The translations under genes and the position numbers were made by a program. Of a stretch of 64,000 nt of DNA, positions 40,132 through 53,768 are shown piece after piece. Position 1 is the first letter of the stretch, and each line of letters begins with the position of its first letter. This DNA is from Balanoglossus misakiensis (taxonomy: Eukaryota > Animalia > Hemichordata), in the NCBI GenBank assembly GCA_040954595.2, contig CM082593.2, forward strand, positions 5,349,434 to 5,413,433, given 5' to 3'. The notes under the pieces are model-generated. The model worked only from the letters and a program-made list of their open reading frames with translations, was not told the origin of the DNA and did no database searches.

Positions 40132-43100
40132 ATGTCGCAGCAAAATCACGTCGAGAAGACACAGACTATCCTTTTCACCTCCGAATCTGTCGGAGAGGGT
40201 CACCCAGGTACGTACAACGTAATATTTATAACCAGCATGCGCATTCTGATTCTGACTGCGCGTAGCACGCTTCGACTGCAGCGCCAGGTCGCATGCGCAC
40301 CGGGTACGTCAGCGAGCGAAACCGACAACACGTGAACGCACCGGTCGTGTTGTTGTTGTCGATTACCGTCGCGAAAGTGCAGCTGCTCATCGAGTTGCTG
40401 TGTCCTGTGGAGTTACTAATTTTGCAAAAGTGACTAATTTCGTTAGCCTTTTCGGCGGATGTTCGTTCTTACTTGTTGAAGTATTAATTAGTCGTCCGTG
40501 GCTAATTGATTCCGCAAATATGATTAATCTGTCAAGAGACGTAAGTTTCCCAGGGTCCAGTCCAGCATCGTTTCAGCGTTTTCGATGAAGTTGGTGACAT
40601 GAATGTAAAATTCGTGGTGGAAATTGGTCAACGGTGTACTGTAGGGCTTTTCCTCGGGCTGAAGGACCGTGTTCTGATCACCGTCACCGTGGATCCGTCG
40701 CCTCGTATAGTGGTGGCCAGGCCCTACGCGTAGCTGGCCGGCCTTGCTTATATTTTACACCACCCGCCATGGTAACACGTGACAACAGATCGCGGTGTTA
40801 ACGTACCATTAAAAGTTACGAAGTGCTACAGGCCACCAATATAGCAGTAATTTAGATTAAGTAAAACTGTATTTTAGGCGATTTGCAATGACGGTAGAGG
40901 GTACCTATCGACCGAAGCGATTCACACCAAGAAGAAACGTACAGCGTAGTGCTGCTTGGTACAGAAAACCGTGGCAATTTAAATATAGTTGAGTTGGCAA
41001 GGTTATCATTATCTGGACAAGTTCAATTATTAACTGTCTATTTTAACACAAAAATTTGAAAACAATTTTTTCACAATGTGGCCTCCGGATGTAAGGGCCC
41101 AGTGTGTTCTCCCCGGACAAATTAAAGCGTTTCGCAAGGAAACAATGATTATGGGCAGTGTAACACTTTCCTTTGGTTTTTGGACTTCAGTGACATATAA
41201 CAATAACAATTTGCATAAAATTAATGTGATGCAAATTAGCCAATGTAATCTGAAATTCCTGGCGTTTCAGTGTCTGAAAAGACTGCTCTTGTTTTTGGCG
41301 TTCACAAGTAGAAATTAGGGTTGGGGGTCAAAAGGAACGTTCTGGTATTTCTGAAAAACGCTTATTCATGAGGAACTTTTGCACTTCCTGTTATCGTTTT
41401 GGGTGGAAAAAATTTAAAAGACCTACTTTTTCGATGGCTGATGCAATCTGCAGAACACCTGTGGAAAGATAAATAGTAAAAATAAATTATCACCAGAATC
41501 ACCTGATATGGGTTATTTGTAGTTATGAATGAATTTTTGGAATGTGTAAATGATAAGTGAACTTCCTTTTAGTGCCATTCTGGTTCTTAATTTGGTAAAA
41601 AAAAATTGGCAGACTACCAGTATACTGTACAATGAGATAATCTGAATGAATGCTTCTGTGATGCACGTGCACTGCCGGTGGAGGTCAAAGTTCACCCGTT
41701 TGGTTAAAGGTCACGCCAATCGTTGACAAAATTAGTATAGTGCGATTACTCCTGAAAGTCTATCAAGGCTTACGATAGGATCAATGAATCGGTCATTCAA
41801 ATATGTCTCTAGCCTGTTATGTAGTGCATTGTTTTCCCCCAAACACTTGCGTAACAAACCAATAAGTTTGACATTCCAATGGACTTCATAATACCATCAG
41901 AAAAATAGTTTATCATGCAGCTGAACTGAAAATATACCATAACCAGTAAAACAGCCTTAATACTGTCTACCAGTAACAATCCCCATACCCAAGCTCGTTA
42001 CTTTTTATGCCTATATGCAAGGAGCCAAGTTGCTTTGTGCATTGATGCCCACGTTGTTAAAACTGACCGTGGTGGCATGCATGTAATTATTAACAATATA
42101 GCCTTGTACACGCAAGGATTCTCCCAGATTCAAGGACAATTCATGAATTATCGTTTTTAATAAATTTTCTTCACTTCACTATTATTCTACCCATGAATTT
42201 ATGATAAGTACAGTATGGACAAGTTTGCATGACAGTTTAATTTATAGATTTTTTCTATGGTTTCCCCTAAGCAAAAGTTACAAGGATAGTTTGTGGTACT
42301 GTATGACAAAATGTTCATCACGTCACCATGAATTGTCATATTTTCAAATTGATTGACAATTATCTTATTCAGTGACAACGAGTCATATACGAAACCTGGT
42401 GGGCGTTGCTTCTGTCAAATCACTATGACTTGGCAACTTTCTGAAAATAAGCCAACTTGCTTATTTTGAGTTCTAATTTAGCGAGTTGGTCTATAAATAG
42501 GGTTGGAGGCCATGGGGAGAATGTGTGTGGCTATCTTTGGACAGTGGACATTGATAGAGAGAAATCTTGTGTGTGATATCGATTTGTGGCACTGCTTTTG
42601 ATCGAATGTGGTGATACTACATTGTACGTAGAACCGCGGCCATCTGCAGCCAGCCTTGTTTAGCTGATGCAATACTCAGTCCAACAATGGATCAGTCATC
42701 AATCTCGTCGCCTGTCTCCATTCACTGACAGAGCGACCCAGTTCCTGCTGCAAATACTGACATCGGCTGTTTTCTGTGTCCCATATGTCAAGTCAAATGC
42801 AAATGCATCCAAAGTCAAAATGCGAATTGAAAAGTCAATGTACGAATTGACATCTCAGATTGATACGTTGTACTTTAACCCTGACCCCCCCTACCCCTCC
42901 TCCTCATCCTCCTCCTCACACACACCTCTGTCATCATTTGGAAGTTTTCTTCCTCTCCAGATTCAGAGGATTACATGTCTGGTGCTAGTTGTAAGCCCTT
43001 ACTGCACTTTACACAATGAAGTTGCCTGTTGTTTCAAATGCTGATTGAACAAAATGCCACATGCCCCAACATGACATAACTTTGTTTTTCAAACAGAACT

Positions 43101-46100
43101 GATGGCATTGTTTTCAGGAAATCTGCATATTATATATATCCTCTCATATCTGCCAAACATGAGATTTAAATCAAAGTTGTCGAGCCACGCAAGCAGGGCT
43201 TCCTTAGTCAATTTGACATTTTGACAAAAATTAGGGAAAGTTGAAAATTTCGCTGTCAACCACCGTTTCATCACAGCCCTATATACAAGCTCTACTTCTG
43301 ACAAAATTAGCATACAATGTATTGTAATGTCAACACAGCTTTTCGCCCAGGTACTGCGTTTGGCCATCTATTATAAAAAAACACTACGATTTATGGAATC
43401 GCATCTCATGATACATGAAGGACCTGGTCATCGATACTGCATAGTTGTTATTAGTATCATGAGCCTAATGCATGGGGAGAAGAAAAATCTGTTTACATTT
43501 ATGATCGCATCATTCAAAACCGAATCCACGATTTTTACGTCTCTTATGTGAACTGCGAAAGGACATCACCCTTGTGGATTCGTAAAAGGGCATCACCCTA
43601 TCGGTGTTTTGACACATGTACTTTTATATAACAAAATCTAAGTCCACACTGAGCAAACTAAAACCATTTGACAAGGTGACATCGGAAGATACAAATAAGA
43701 TAGTAAGCTTCTGAATAACAATGCCCTTTGCTTGTTTCATAATCGAACTCCACGTGGCATGATAAAATATTTCTTGATGTGACAAGTTTGATGGATAGGT
43801 GTACATTGAAATGGCCTTGAAAGATGAGTAATCAGCACGTTTTTCGAGGATATACATGATGTACATGAAGACCTAAATTTAAGTTGTGTTGAACATACGT
43901 CTATTTTGACATTGCTGCATGAACAATGCGAATGAATAACAGAGTTTATACGTGGGGCAACATTTTTCCATTTATAAACAATCACCTGTTAGTGGTCGCT
44001 TCGACTAAAAAAAATGCCTGCTGTTGACTTGGAATTATAGAACTAGACAGAAGTGTGATTGACCAACCGAAGGGAGGGAGGGAGGGAACACAAGCCCCTC
44101 ACCCCCACATCCCTCCCTCTTTACACAATTTACTATGTCATTGTTTGTGAAACAGTTAACAAGGCATTTTGTTACCCACAGTGCCAGACTGATGCCATGA
44201 GAATTTGAAATAAAAATGGATTAAAGGTTTTTACTCTTTCTACCAAGCCAGACTCGATCATGTCACATGGTCCTTGTCCTTTTGCCATGCACAGTTAAAG
44301 AACGCTGTGGGGTTCATTGACTGGTCTGTTGTGGAGTCCCGCTGGTCACATTGTGTGGGGATCAAGCTTTGAAAAGACTTCAGCTAGTGAACAAAAAAAG
44401 GAGCAAGGCAACTTGTTGAATGAACCACTTGATTTGCATCAAAATAGCAACCAGAACAAATGCTTTGAATTCTTTTCCCCCCCTCAAAAAAATGACGTTG
44501 GTCGGTCCTGTGGTGTGCCCTAATTAGGCATGTCATAGAATGCAGAGAAATTCTTATAGAACTTTGTTTTAATGCAAATTGAAATACTGGAACAGCACAG
44601 AAACACCGTTTAAAAACCTACGGTAGTCAAACAAGAGTGATTGCTGTTTTGGGGTGAAAAATGTCTTAAGAAATCCGACTGACCCCAAGAGTTAAGTTAC
44701 GCCCACTGTATTGTTGTTTGCTTATTTCCTTTGTGAACATAATCCATACCCTCAAACGCAGTATGTAAAATCCTCATGTACATAAACTACCAACAGATCA
44801 TTTCAAGATGTAGGTACAAGTAACATTTTCAGGGTTGCACCAATCCCTTCACTCTACTATTCAATGGGCAAACCCTATTGTTTCGTCTTGTAGCTGGACA
44901 CCCACACTTGATAAACGGGGGTGGAGAGGTTAAATTTTCTCCTCAATTGAAGATTTGTTGCACGTCACTGTGAAATTAAATGACATTAAATTAGTTTGCT
45001 TTGAAATACCATACAAGTAAAAGGTTCCACTGGACTGGACGTTCATGAAGAAACAAACTGGACATTTGTGAACTTTATACATGCACATGGAAAAATTTCA
45101 CGGAGGGGGCACAAACTTATTCTTTATCGCAAAATTGCTCTTAATTATTAAATGTCCAACTTACGTTGACATTTCTTTTGCCCTTGAAATGCAGCACATC
45201 AATCCTCTGACAAGTGACATATTAAATAAACCACTGTCCAGGGTGACCTTTCACCTCTACCTGCACAGGTTTTCTCGACCAATCACAGCCAAAAAGACAT
45301 TGTTCTGACATGTCAAGGCCACCAAACCTCCTCCTGAACCTATGTGATGATGCAGAGTAAAATCCATTGTTTTCTAATCTATGGTAAAGTTGGACCTCTA
45401 TAGCGAGAACTGGGGGTAAAAGGGTTAAATAGACTCAATGGAGGGTTTTCCTAATATCAGAGTGAAATTTGCCTGGTTTTGCAGTGTAACGAACATGTAC
45501 ATGTTATGCAGGAGTAGGAGTATGCTACAGTCTAAGCCATATTTCAGTATTGTACCCAAGAATGTAAAAGGACATTTACATAGGCAGACAAATGAATTTA
45601 ATTGACTGAATTGGTCCTTCTATTGTGCTTGAATAATTGCCCCTTGTACAACATGATAGTTGAAAATTGACCTGCAAGCATGTCTCTTCCGAAATTAGAA
45701 TAGCAACAATATGAAACCGAATGATGATTTCCTGTTTCATATGAATAGCCTTTTTATCTGCTGAATGAAATTCAAAGGTTGCATTTGTTCTTTTTTTAAA
45801 AACAAAACAGCTGAATTATAAAGCGGTATTCATATAGCGACAAGTCATAATCCCTGACATTATCCTGTTTGAACCTGTTTAGCTGATGCTTTCTTGTTGT
45901 GCGACTGCTTAAGTTACTGAAAACAAATGTACTTTGTACAGCTACTGTAGGTGAAAAGTTTATCATCCCTAAGAAAAACATGGCATTGTGCAAGTTGTCC
46001 ACCAGCTGCAGTTGATGAAAGCACTGAAATAATTGATGTGTACATTACAGTGGGTAACAAATAGATTGCTCTGAAAGGTACAGAGGCTGAGCACAAGAAT

Positions 46101-49100
46101 GTAGGATCAAAGTTACCAGCTTCTGTACATCGTGATGAAATGCATTATGACTTATTGGGGAAAAAATCTTTTCCGCACAAGGACTAATTATTTCTCCCTT
46201 TTTTTGCAGATAAACTGTGCGATCAAGTCAGTGACGCCGTGTTAGATGCCCATTTAAAACAAGATCCCAACGCCAAGGTGGCATGTGGTAAGTACTGTCC
46301 AGAATCATCCGTTTCCATGACAACCAGAACCATTGCATTATATCCATTCCCAGCACTGACATAAAAATTGCCAAAAAAGTTTTTACCAGAACATACGCCA
46401 CTGTCAATGTATAGGTAATATCAGTGTCTGTACAATGAAGAGGTCTCGAAGTTCTAAGCAAAAAACCCTGTGAGAGCTACATATGTTGACGCGACCGTCC
46501 TTTGCAATACGCGTCATTTGATAGCTAATTCATAATCGAGATGAAAAAGGTGTGATACCAACTCACGTCACCACTGACGGACGTCACGCCTGATGAATTG
46601 GTTGCTGGGGCAACTGCTGGATAATATCTGAAAATGATTCCAATTGTTGCAGGCGGCGTGTTGCTTAGCGATCATTAAATTCAGAATCAAAACCCGGAAC
46701 TGAGAGATCATGTTATGCTTTCGTCTAGAAGGTGTTTTGGCGTCAATAGAACGTATATATTTGAACAGAACATAATAGAGTGATGATCGAGATTTAAGTG
46801 AAAATTGAATTGAAATTAGAGATTTGTGTTTGTCGTCCTCTGACTAAACTGAAACCACAGAAACGAACCGAAAAGGACATACTCTTAATTTCCTCTTTTT
46901 ATTCTTTCAGAGTCTTGCTCCAAGACTGGTATGGTGTTGATCGCCGGAGAAATCACTTCCAATGCAATTGTCGACTACCAGAAAGTCGTTCGTGATACAA
47001 TCAAGAAAATTGGCTACGATGACTGCTCAAAAGGTAAAAAATTCAATATGGTTTCCATCACAAACCTGTGAAGCTGTGTTCACCTTCGGTAAAATCCCCA
47101 TCTAAGAACCTCGGCGGCTATGCATGAAAATGTCTATCTAAGATTTTGGCTGACCCACTGGGAAACTGGTTCCAATATGTTCCACATCATGCAAATCCAC
47201 AATTGCAAATGTATCCACAGTTTGCGTGTCTACAATCACAGACCAAGTTACTTGGAAGGTAAACTTTGAACTGTTAGTTTTGACATCAAACTGTCCTCTG
47301 TTGTAGGGTTTGACTACAAGACTTGCAATGTTCTCGTGGCCATCGAGCAACAGGCGCCCGAGATTGCAGCCGGCGTACACATCAACAGAAAGGAGGAGGA
47401 TGTCGGCGCCGGCGACCAAGGTCTCATGTTCGGCTACGCCACAGACGAGACAGAAGAGTGCATGCCACTGACTGTGGTCCTCGCACACGCCCTCAATCGC
47501 AAGTTGGCGGAGTTGAGACGTAACGGCGCGATGCCTTACCTTCGGCCTGACTCGAAGACTCAGGTAATTTTATAAGATGATTTTGTTGCATAATAAGTTA
47601 CACAAGTGCATGTGTATTGCTGTGTGTGATATTCATTGGCAGAGAAGCTCGGTAGTCTTCTTGTTGATTGATTGACCTTGTGTTAAAAGGGTACCAACAC
47701 TGATAAAATGGACCACTGTATTTAATTTGGCGTCCTAGGTCAGGGATAATGACAGAGCGAAGGGCAAGAATTTTTGAAAAGCAAACTTTCTGGTAAAATG
47801 TTAACCTTACATTGGATCCACATTGGATTTTAAATTGCAAAAGGGATTGACGTGACCCAAATTGTATGCTGAATGGTAACTTTTACACGTCTTCATTGAA
47901 TTGAAACCAAAGGCAATCAACGTACTCGTATTAACAAAATTTTACCCTTCCTTGCCAACAGGTCACCATTGAATACAAATTTGACAACGGCGCCTGCATC
48001 CCACTCCGAGTGCACACCGTCGTCATCTCAACCCAGCACGGACCAGAAATCACGAACGAGGAACTGAGGAAGGACCTCCGCGAGAAAGTCATCAAATCGG
48101 TGATCCCCGAGAAATTCCTGGACGAGAGAACCATTTACCATTTGAACCCCTCTGGCAGCTTCATAATGGGAGGCCCCATGGTGAGTCTGTGTTGCCTAGC
48201 CAACACCATCATTATCCGTGTTGCCTAGCCAACACCATCGTTATCCCAGCACATTTTTCCCTTCCCTGAATTCTGCACTGAAAATCGTAGTTTGGAAATG
48301 TACATCAATTCTCACTACATTAAATAGGGCTTTGCTCCCTAGGTTAGTGATAAAAGCTCATACAGTGGACAGGCTTTCAAGATGGTGGATTTCTGCCTAT
48401 ATCAAATGGAATTTCATTGATTTAAATTAATATTGTCATAGTGAAACTTTAAGCAGAAAAAATCCAGTATGTACACCATTTTTTGTGTCGCATGGTTTCT
48501 GAATGGTCGTATTTTATTTGACAGGGAGACGCTGGCCTCACTGGCAGAAAGATCATCGTCGACACGTACGGCGGTTGGGGCGCTCACGGCGGCGGTGCTT
48601 TCTCAGGCAAAGACTACACCAAAGTGGACAGATCAGCCGCGTACGCAGCACGCTGGGTGGCCAAGTCCCTTGTGAAAGCAGGCCTAGTCAAACGTGTGCT
48701 TGTACAGGCAAGTACCTTTTTTATCCCCCCGTCGCATTTTATGATCTCAAACCATCAAACTAAAATAGCTCAGAACCTTCTAGACCGAAAATAGAGTTAT
48801 TAGGAAAATGTACTGATTTGTGTGTTTGCTTTCCCTGCAGGTTTCCTATGCCATCGGTATCGCAGAACCATTGTCCATCTCTGTGTTTCATTACGGCACA
48901 TCAGATCGCTCGGAACAGGAGCTCCTGCAGATTGTCAAAGACAACTTCGATCTCAGACCAGGCATCATTGTCAGGTACGTCACACTATCACTTAATTTGG
49001 GACCACAGATCTGATTGGCTCACCCATGGTTTTAATGAATATTAAGTCGTTACCACCTGGGTGGTCACTTCTGTATTTTTCTAATGTTTGACGTTAATTA

Positions 49101-49332
49101 CTCAAGTTCAAGTATTAATTGACCCGACCACACAAAATATAAGAATAATTTCTCTGCCATTGTGCGTGCAACACTAACTTTCATACTGTTTGTTTTCATG
49201 ATGACTTTTCTTACCATTTTCAGAGAACTGGATTTGAAGAGACCCATTTACCAAGACACCAGCTCGTACGGACATTTTGGACGCCCAGAGTTCACCTGGG
49301 AACAACCCAAAAAGCTGGTATTCAAGGCTTAA
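40132..49332 (+). CDS. MAT: S-adenosylmethionine synthase (methionine adenosyltransferase, MAT1A/MAT2A family), 8 coding exons, 392 aa
   Basis: Exons 40132-40207, 46210-46287, 46911-47033, 47307-47563, 47962-48180, 48525-48707, 48841-48974 and 49224-49332 total 1179 nt with all phases consistent. Signatures: [62 protein letters not shown]. Intron 6 is GC-AG. Confidence 0.97.
48189..48246. repeat. 29-bp tandem duplication in MAT intron 5
   Basis: gtgttgcctagccaacaccatc(a/g)ttatcc occurs twice with one mismatch. Confidence 0.9.
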
Positions 49333-50800
49333 AAAAACAGCCTGCATTATCACCAACATTGAAACTCTAAAAAAAAAACCAGTGGTATATGTTCAATTGG
49401 GATTTAGATCTTAATTTTCGGCAATATTTTGGGTTTATTGGTGCATATTTCTATAAAAAAAAATAAATAAATAAATTGCCATTGCCTTTCCGTGATGAAA
49501 TTGCATTGTTTTAGCACTATTTTTATATTTTAGAAACTTTTCATTTGCGTCACTGCGAAGGGTGGTTTGAGGACTTGGCATGTTTTATTTAGAAGTTAAA
49601 AAATGTCAATGGCTAACACAGAAAAAACTGGGGGGAAATGTCTTGCCTAGTGGTTTGGAGACATGGACATGTATATATAGACAAAAACCACAGTAGTGGA
49701 CTCGGACGTTCCTGGTCTGTGGAGCGTACCATGCAGTTATTTCAATTTACCGTTTTCCAAAGTATTTTACAAGTCGTGGTCTCAGTTCCAAAACAGGTTT
49801 TGTCCTTGAAAACTGGTTAAAATGAACACGGTGGGATTTCAAACTATTGGCAGTTATTGTAAATTTTCTTTTTGGGAAAATAAACAAAAAGATGATGAGT
49901 AATGAATTCTATTTTTCGAAGATTTTTTGCCTCTTGTCATAGAAGTAATCTGGAGCAAATTATTTTACATTGCACATGGTCATAGCCAGATTTGGCGGCT
50001 GTGTACAGTTGACATGTACTCTAGTCTTAAATGAATTAATTGTGAAGTACTCAAGTCTAGATTAATTTATTTAATTAATTACAAGTGCATAACCTGTGAT
50101 AATTTAGAGCTAAGTCAGTTTCCTCGCCTGGGTCAATTATTTTTTATCGCAAGTAAACCCAGGATATACGTGTTATAGCAGGTTTTCAACTAACACGTTT
50201 ATGTGAACTTTGACCTTGATACAAGGACTGGACCAAGACATTGTCGGGAAAGGGTGGGTCAGATGTGCCTCCAATCAGCATAACGTATTTATAGTGTACC
50301 GCAAATTCTAGATTGCGATGGGGAGAGAGTGAAAGTGAATTGAAAGTCATGTTTATCAGTCAATTTCATGTATGTTTTTTCTTCTGGAAATCTACACCAT
50401 ATTTATCAAAAAGCAAGGTTTATATATACCAGACAGCATGCAGTGTTCACCTATACCTCGTTTTTTTCAACAAGCCTACAAGTATATTACCTATCCATCT
50501 ATACACGTCAGTAATCATGTATCAATTTCAACAAGTTTTCAGAAATTCAGAAGTTTCTTTAGTAATAGCAGTTAGTGTTGTGTAACTAAGTGGACTGGAG
50601 ACTCGCTTTTCATGTTGAAGGTTTTCTGTTGTAAGAGACACCTTGAGAAACATTTCTTGAATTATTATAGAAGTACGTACACCCATGCTTTCTCTCTATT
50701 TGCATATTTTCACTATAGGCGTTATATGTCGACCATTTCCAGTATAGAAGCAGTGAATTGGAAACAATTACTGGAATGTATAAATTTTTAATGAGTTGGA

Positions 50801-50845
50801 AATAAAAAGTACATGTGAAATGGGACCCTACAGTGTGTGTGTGTG
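50801..50845 (+). terminator. Likely distal MAT polyadenylation signal (3' UTR ~1.5 kb)
   Basis: AATAAA 50801-50806 followed by a GT-rich tract at about 50833-50845. More proximal AATAAA hexamers occur at 49462 and 49879. Confidence 0.5.
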
Positions 50846-53752
50846 CATAATAATGTCTTGAGTGTCTTGACTGGTGTTCATTTCATCTAAGGAAATTGCC
50901 AAATATGAACGCCCCACTGTATAGAACTTGCATTTGGTTGGCTGCATAATAAAATCTTAATTCCAACGCTTAGATATTCCAACACTTTCGTGGCATGGAA
51001 CGACCAACCTATTGGGTATATTACAGTGTAAATTGAGGAGCTTATGCCCTCCTGTGAATATACACGCACTGCCTTTTCAAGATCGGATCGCATGTCGAAA
51101 ACAATTTCACTTCAGAGAACGAGATTTCGCAAGTCACGAACAGGAACCTCCACTGCAATTTCGCTCTCTAACTACGACCTTTGACCCCCTTGCCTACCTA
51201 CTTAGCATGTCTTCGTGGGGCAGCTCTTGTAAATAAATTTAACTCGGAGTGTGCTAATTTGGGATGCTGCCAATTTCAGCCACTCCCGTAACATACCATG
51301 GTAGGTCCTCTATCTGTACACGATTCTGAATCGACTACCAGGGAACGGTATATGGCTAAAAACGTGTCTGTCTTTACCTCATACTCATAGTCATCAGACC
51401 CCTCAACCTCTACATCAAGGTCACATATCCCCTCATCGTACACATAATCTTTTACATAATTCATCAGGCAGATGCATTGATGCTGCACAACATGAAAATG
51501 GCAAAAAGTGTTTCCATGGAAAATGGGAATCATCACAGAACCCCACAGCAAAGCGAAACCATTTGTTTCATTGAAGGATATGATGGTGGAGAGAAGGACG
51601 TCATAACTAAATGTCTAGCCCCCAGCCAAAGTCCTATACATAGCTTCGCATGGCAACATCACCAGGAAACGGATTTTTTGCGAGAATATTTTCGTGAAAT
51701 ATTTTGAAGCGGAAACAACGTAAGGGTGCAACAAACAACCATCATAAACCAGGCATAATTCCTCATAAAACATAATTATCAAGACACGGTCATTTGTTAA
51801 AACAAAGAACGTACAACTACAAGCACAGAACCCGCCCACTGCCATCGTCTAAAATGTACGCCTTTGCTAGTCTCATTTAGAAACAAAGCTTTCCATATTT
51901 TAGTCGTACAGCCAAAACAACCGCAAAATGTACACATCTACATGTATATACACAAATCTACGGCCTGTGGTGTTACTCCTATCACATCGTACTTTCGATA
52001 TCGCATGACATGTTTGGGTTGTATGGGTCCAATATGACGTTTACGTTCCGTATTGACGAATACGTTTCCCTTTTTAGATTCATTACTGCACACTCAGCTG
52101 ACAATGACAAAATTTATTACATTCGGGTGTCGCCAAGAAAGGGGGACAAATGCCACAACAGAAAAGCTTTGAGTAAATACTTGTACGAATTCTCCATACA
52201 GTTATTATTAATGTCTCTGTTCTTTTTTGCATGACAACACACTTCGGAAAGCGCAGTGTACAAGATAACTTAATTAATTGTCTAGAACTTGCGCTGCGGG
52301 GGAAACCCACAGAATTGGTAACATATAGTTTGCGAGTGGCAGTTTGTCGTTCGAAGTCTAGTCCACTATCAGACTATCATGCAAACCAAAAATAATGTCA
52401 AAAGTTAGTGACTGTTCCTTTAACAAAACGTGATTGAACACGTTTCAGTGAGCAAAAGCTAATTAATGACATTTTGTTTTCAAATTGACGTCTCGCTCCG
52501 TCATATACCTTTAATAAATACCTATTTTGCATGCCCATTTTCATGGTTTATTAACAAAAGCATAATTTTCATTTCATATTTCCATAACAATGGTGCGTGA
52601 ACATATTAGGCTGTGACGCAAGCTGACTACTGAATATTTCGACGAGTTTTATGAAAGATGAACAAAAAGCTATCAATGAAATCGTAGTGTCATGTCACGT
52701 CAAGGTGTTTTGCACACACAACACAGAACGGAAGAAGAATTGATAGTTGATACGTAGCGCTTTAGCCCTTTCAGTTTCATTTTAGTTTTTCTCCAGTTTT
52801 AGAGCATAACAACCGAGGTGACCCAACCGTCTTTAAAAGTATGCACACATCCAAAGGGATTTAAACTATGCGACAAATGGAGCCCTCGTGATGGAAAAGT
52901 TTGTGTTGTGAAATCACGGTTATAACACGCACAACTGAGGGGTCGTTTTTCTGTTAGTCTGTATTAAGTTCAAATTATGTGTTCCGTATACATGAAAGAG
53001 AAAGTGATCATGATTCTGTTTTTATCGTACCAGAAAAAATACTACACGATTCCTAAATGTATTTTTAAAAGGCGCTACTGCTTCGCGTTTTTTTTTGTTG
53101 CAGATCAACAGCTGCCGTGGTTTACATTACTGAATGACAAAATATTCTGTAGGGGTTTTGGTTTCGTCTCGGCTAAAACAGTGTATATAGGTTGGCAGGA
53201 TTTTTTTACATTCTGTACACGCTCTTAAACATCCATCATCTGATCAGAATCACGGGACTGTTGTTAGTGATGTAATGTTTTCCTAGAAGCGACTGCTCGA
53301 GTCATCCGCCGGGTCAATAACATTAATAGGCCAGTGACGACGTCACCACTGAGTTTACCGTCTCATATTTAGCTTGATATTTCTCTCTCCATAATTACTG
53401 CAATTGACTTGCTAAGGTTTATGCAGTCCGCAGCTGTTTAGTGGCGCCGTTAATCTCCCCATTATATTCATGAGCTTGAATATTAATAATTATGGTTGAT
53501 AGAGGGCGCGTTCTCCCGAAAGTCAGGTCGGTGAACTCCTTGGGATTAACCGAGTCCGTACTTTCGCGATTTCCATGGACATTGCGGTACAAGTAAACAG
53601 GGGCCTTTTCTAAAATCGAAAGAGAAAGTGACAAAAATATGCGGACGTTTAGAAGACGTCAGACTGAGTGAACCTTATTTAACCCCCTCCTTCCACAATG
53701 GCATGTCTATAATGTTAATTTGCATATGACGTTAACCACTCTTACAATTTTG

Positions 53753-53768
53753 TTTCAGTTTCGCTTTC
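53753..53768. promoter_or_regulatory. ISRE-like element TTTCAGTTTCGCTTTC about 2 kb upstream of Mx
   Basis: Contains AGTTTCNNTTTC plus a third TTTC core. Nearby are octamer ATTTGCAT 53718-53725 and GAAAGAGAAAGTGA at 53618. Confidence 0.55.

Noticed and set aside
43501-43610. TIFTS...GHHP peptide resembling an alternative MAT exon 1
   Set aside because: Interrupted by a stop, lacks the SESV motif and a donor, and is explained by a short local duplication (aaagg(a/g)catcaccct).
49218-49227. TTCAGAGAA at the last MAT acceptor as a METTL16 site
   Set aside because: Lacks the UAC core and is fully explained by splice consensus plus Arg-Glu codons.
50887-51845. Short minus-strand ORFs between MAT and Mx (possible pseudogene)
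   Set aside because: No recognisable domain or consistent splice structure.
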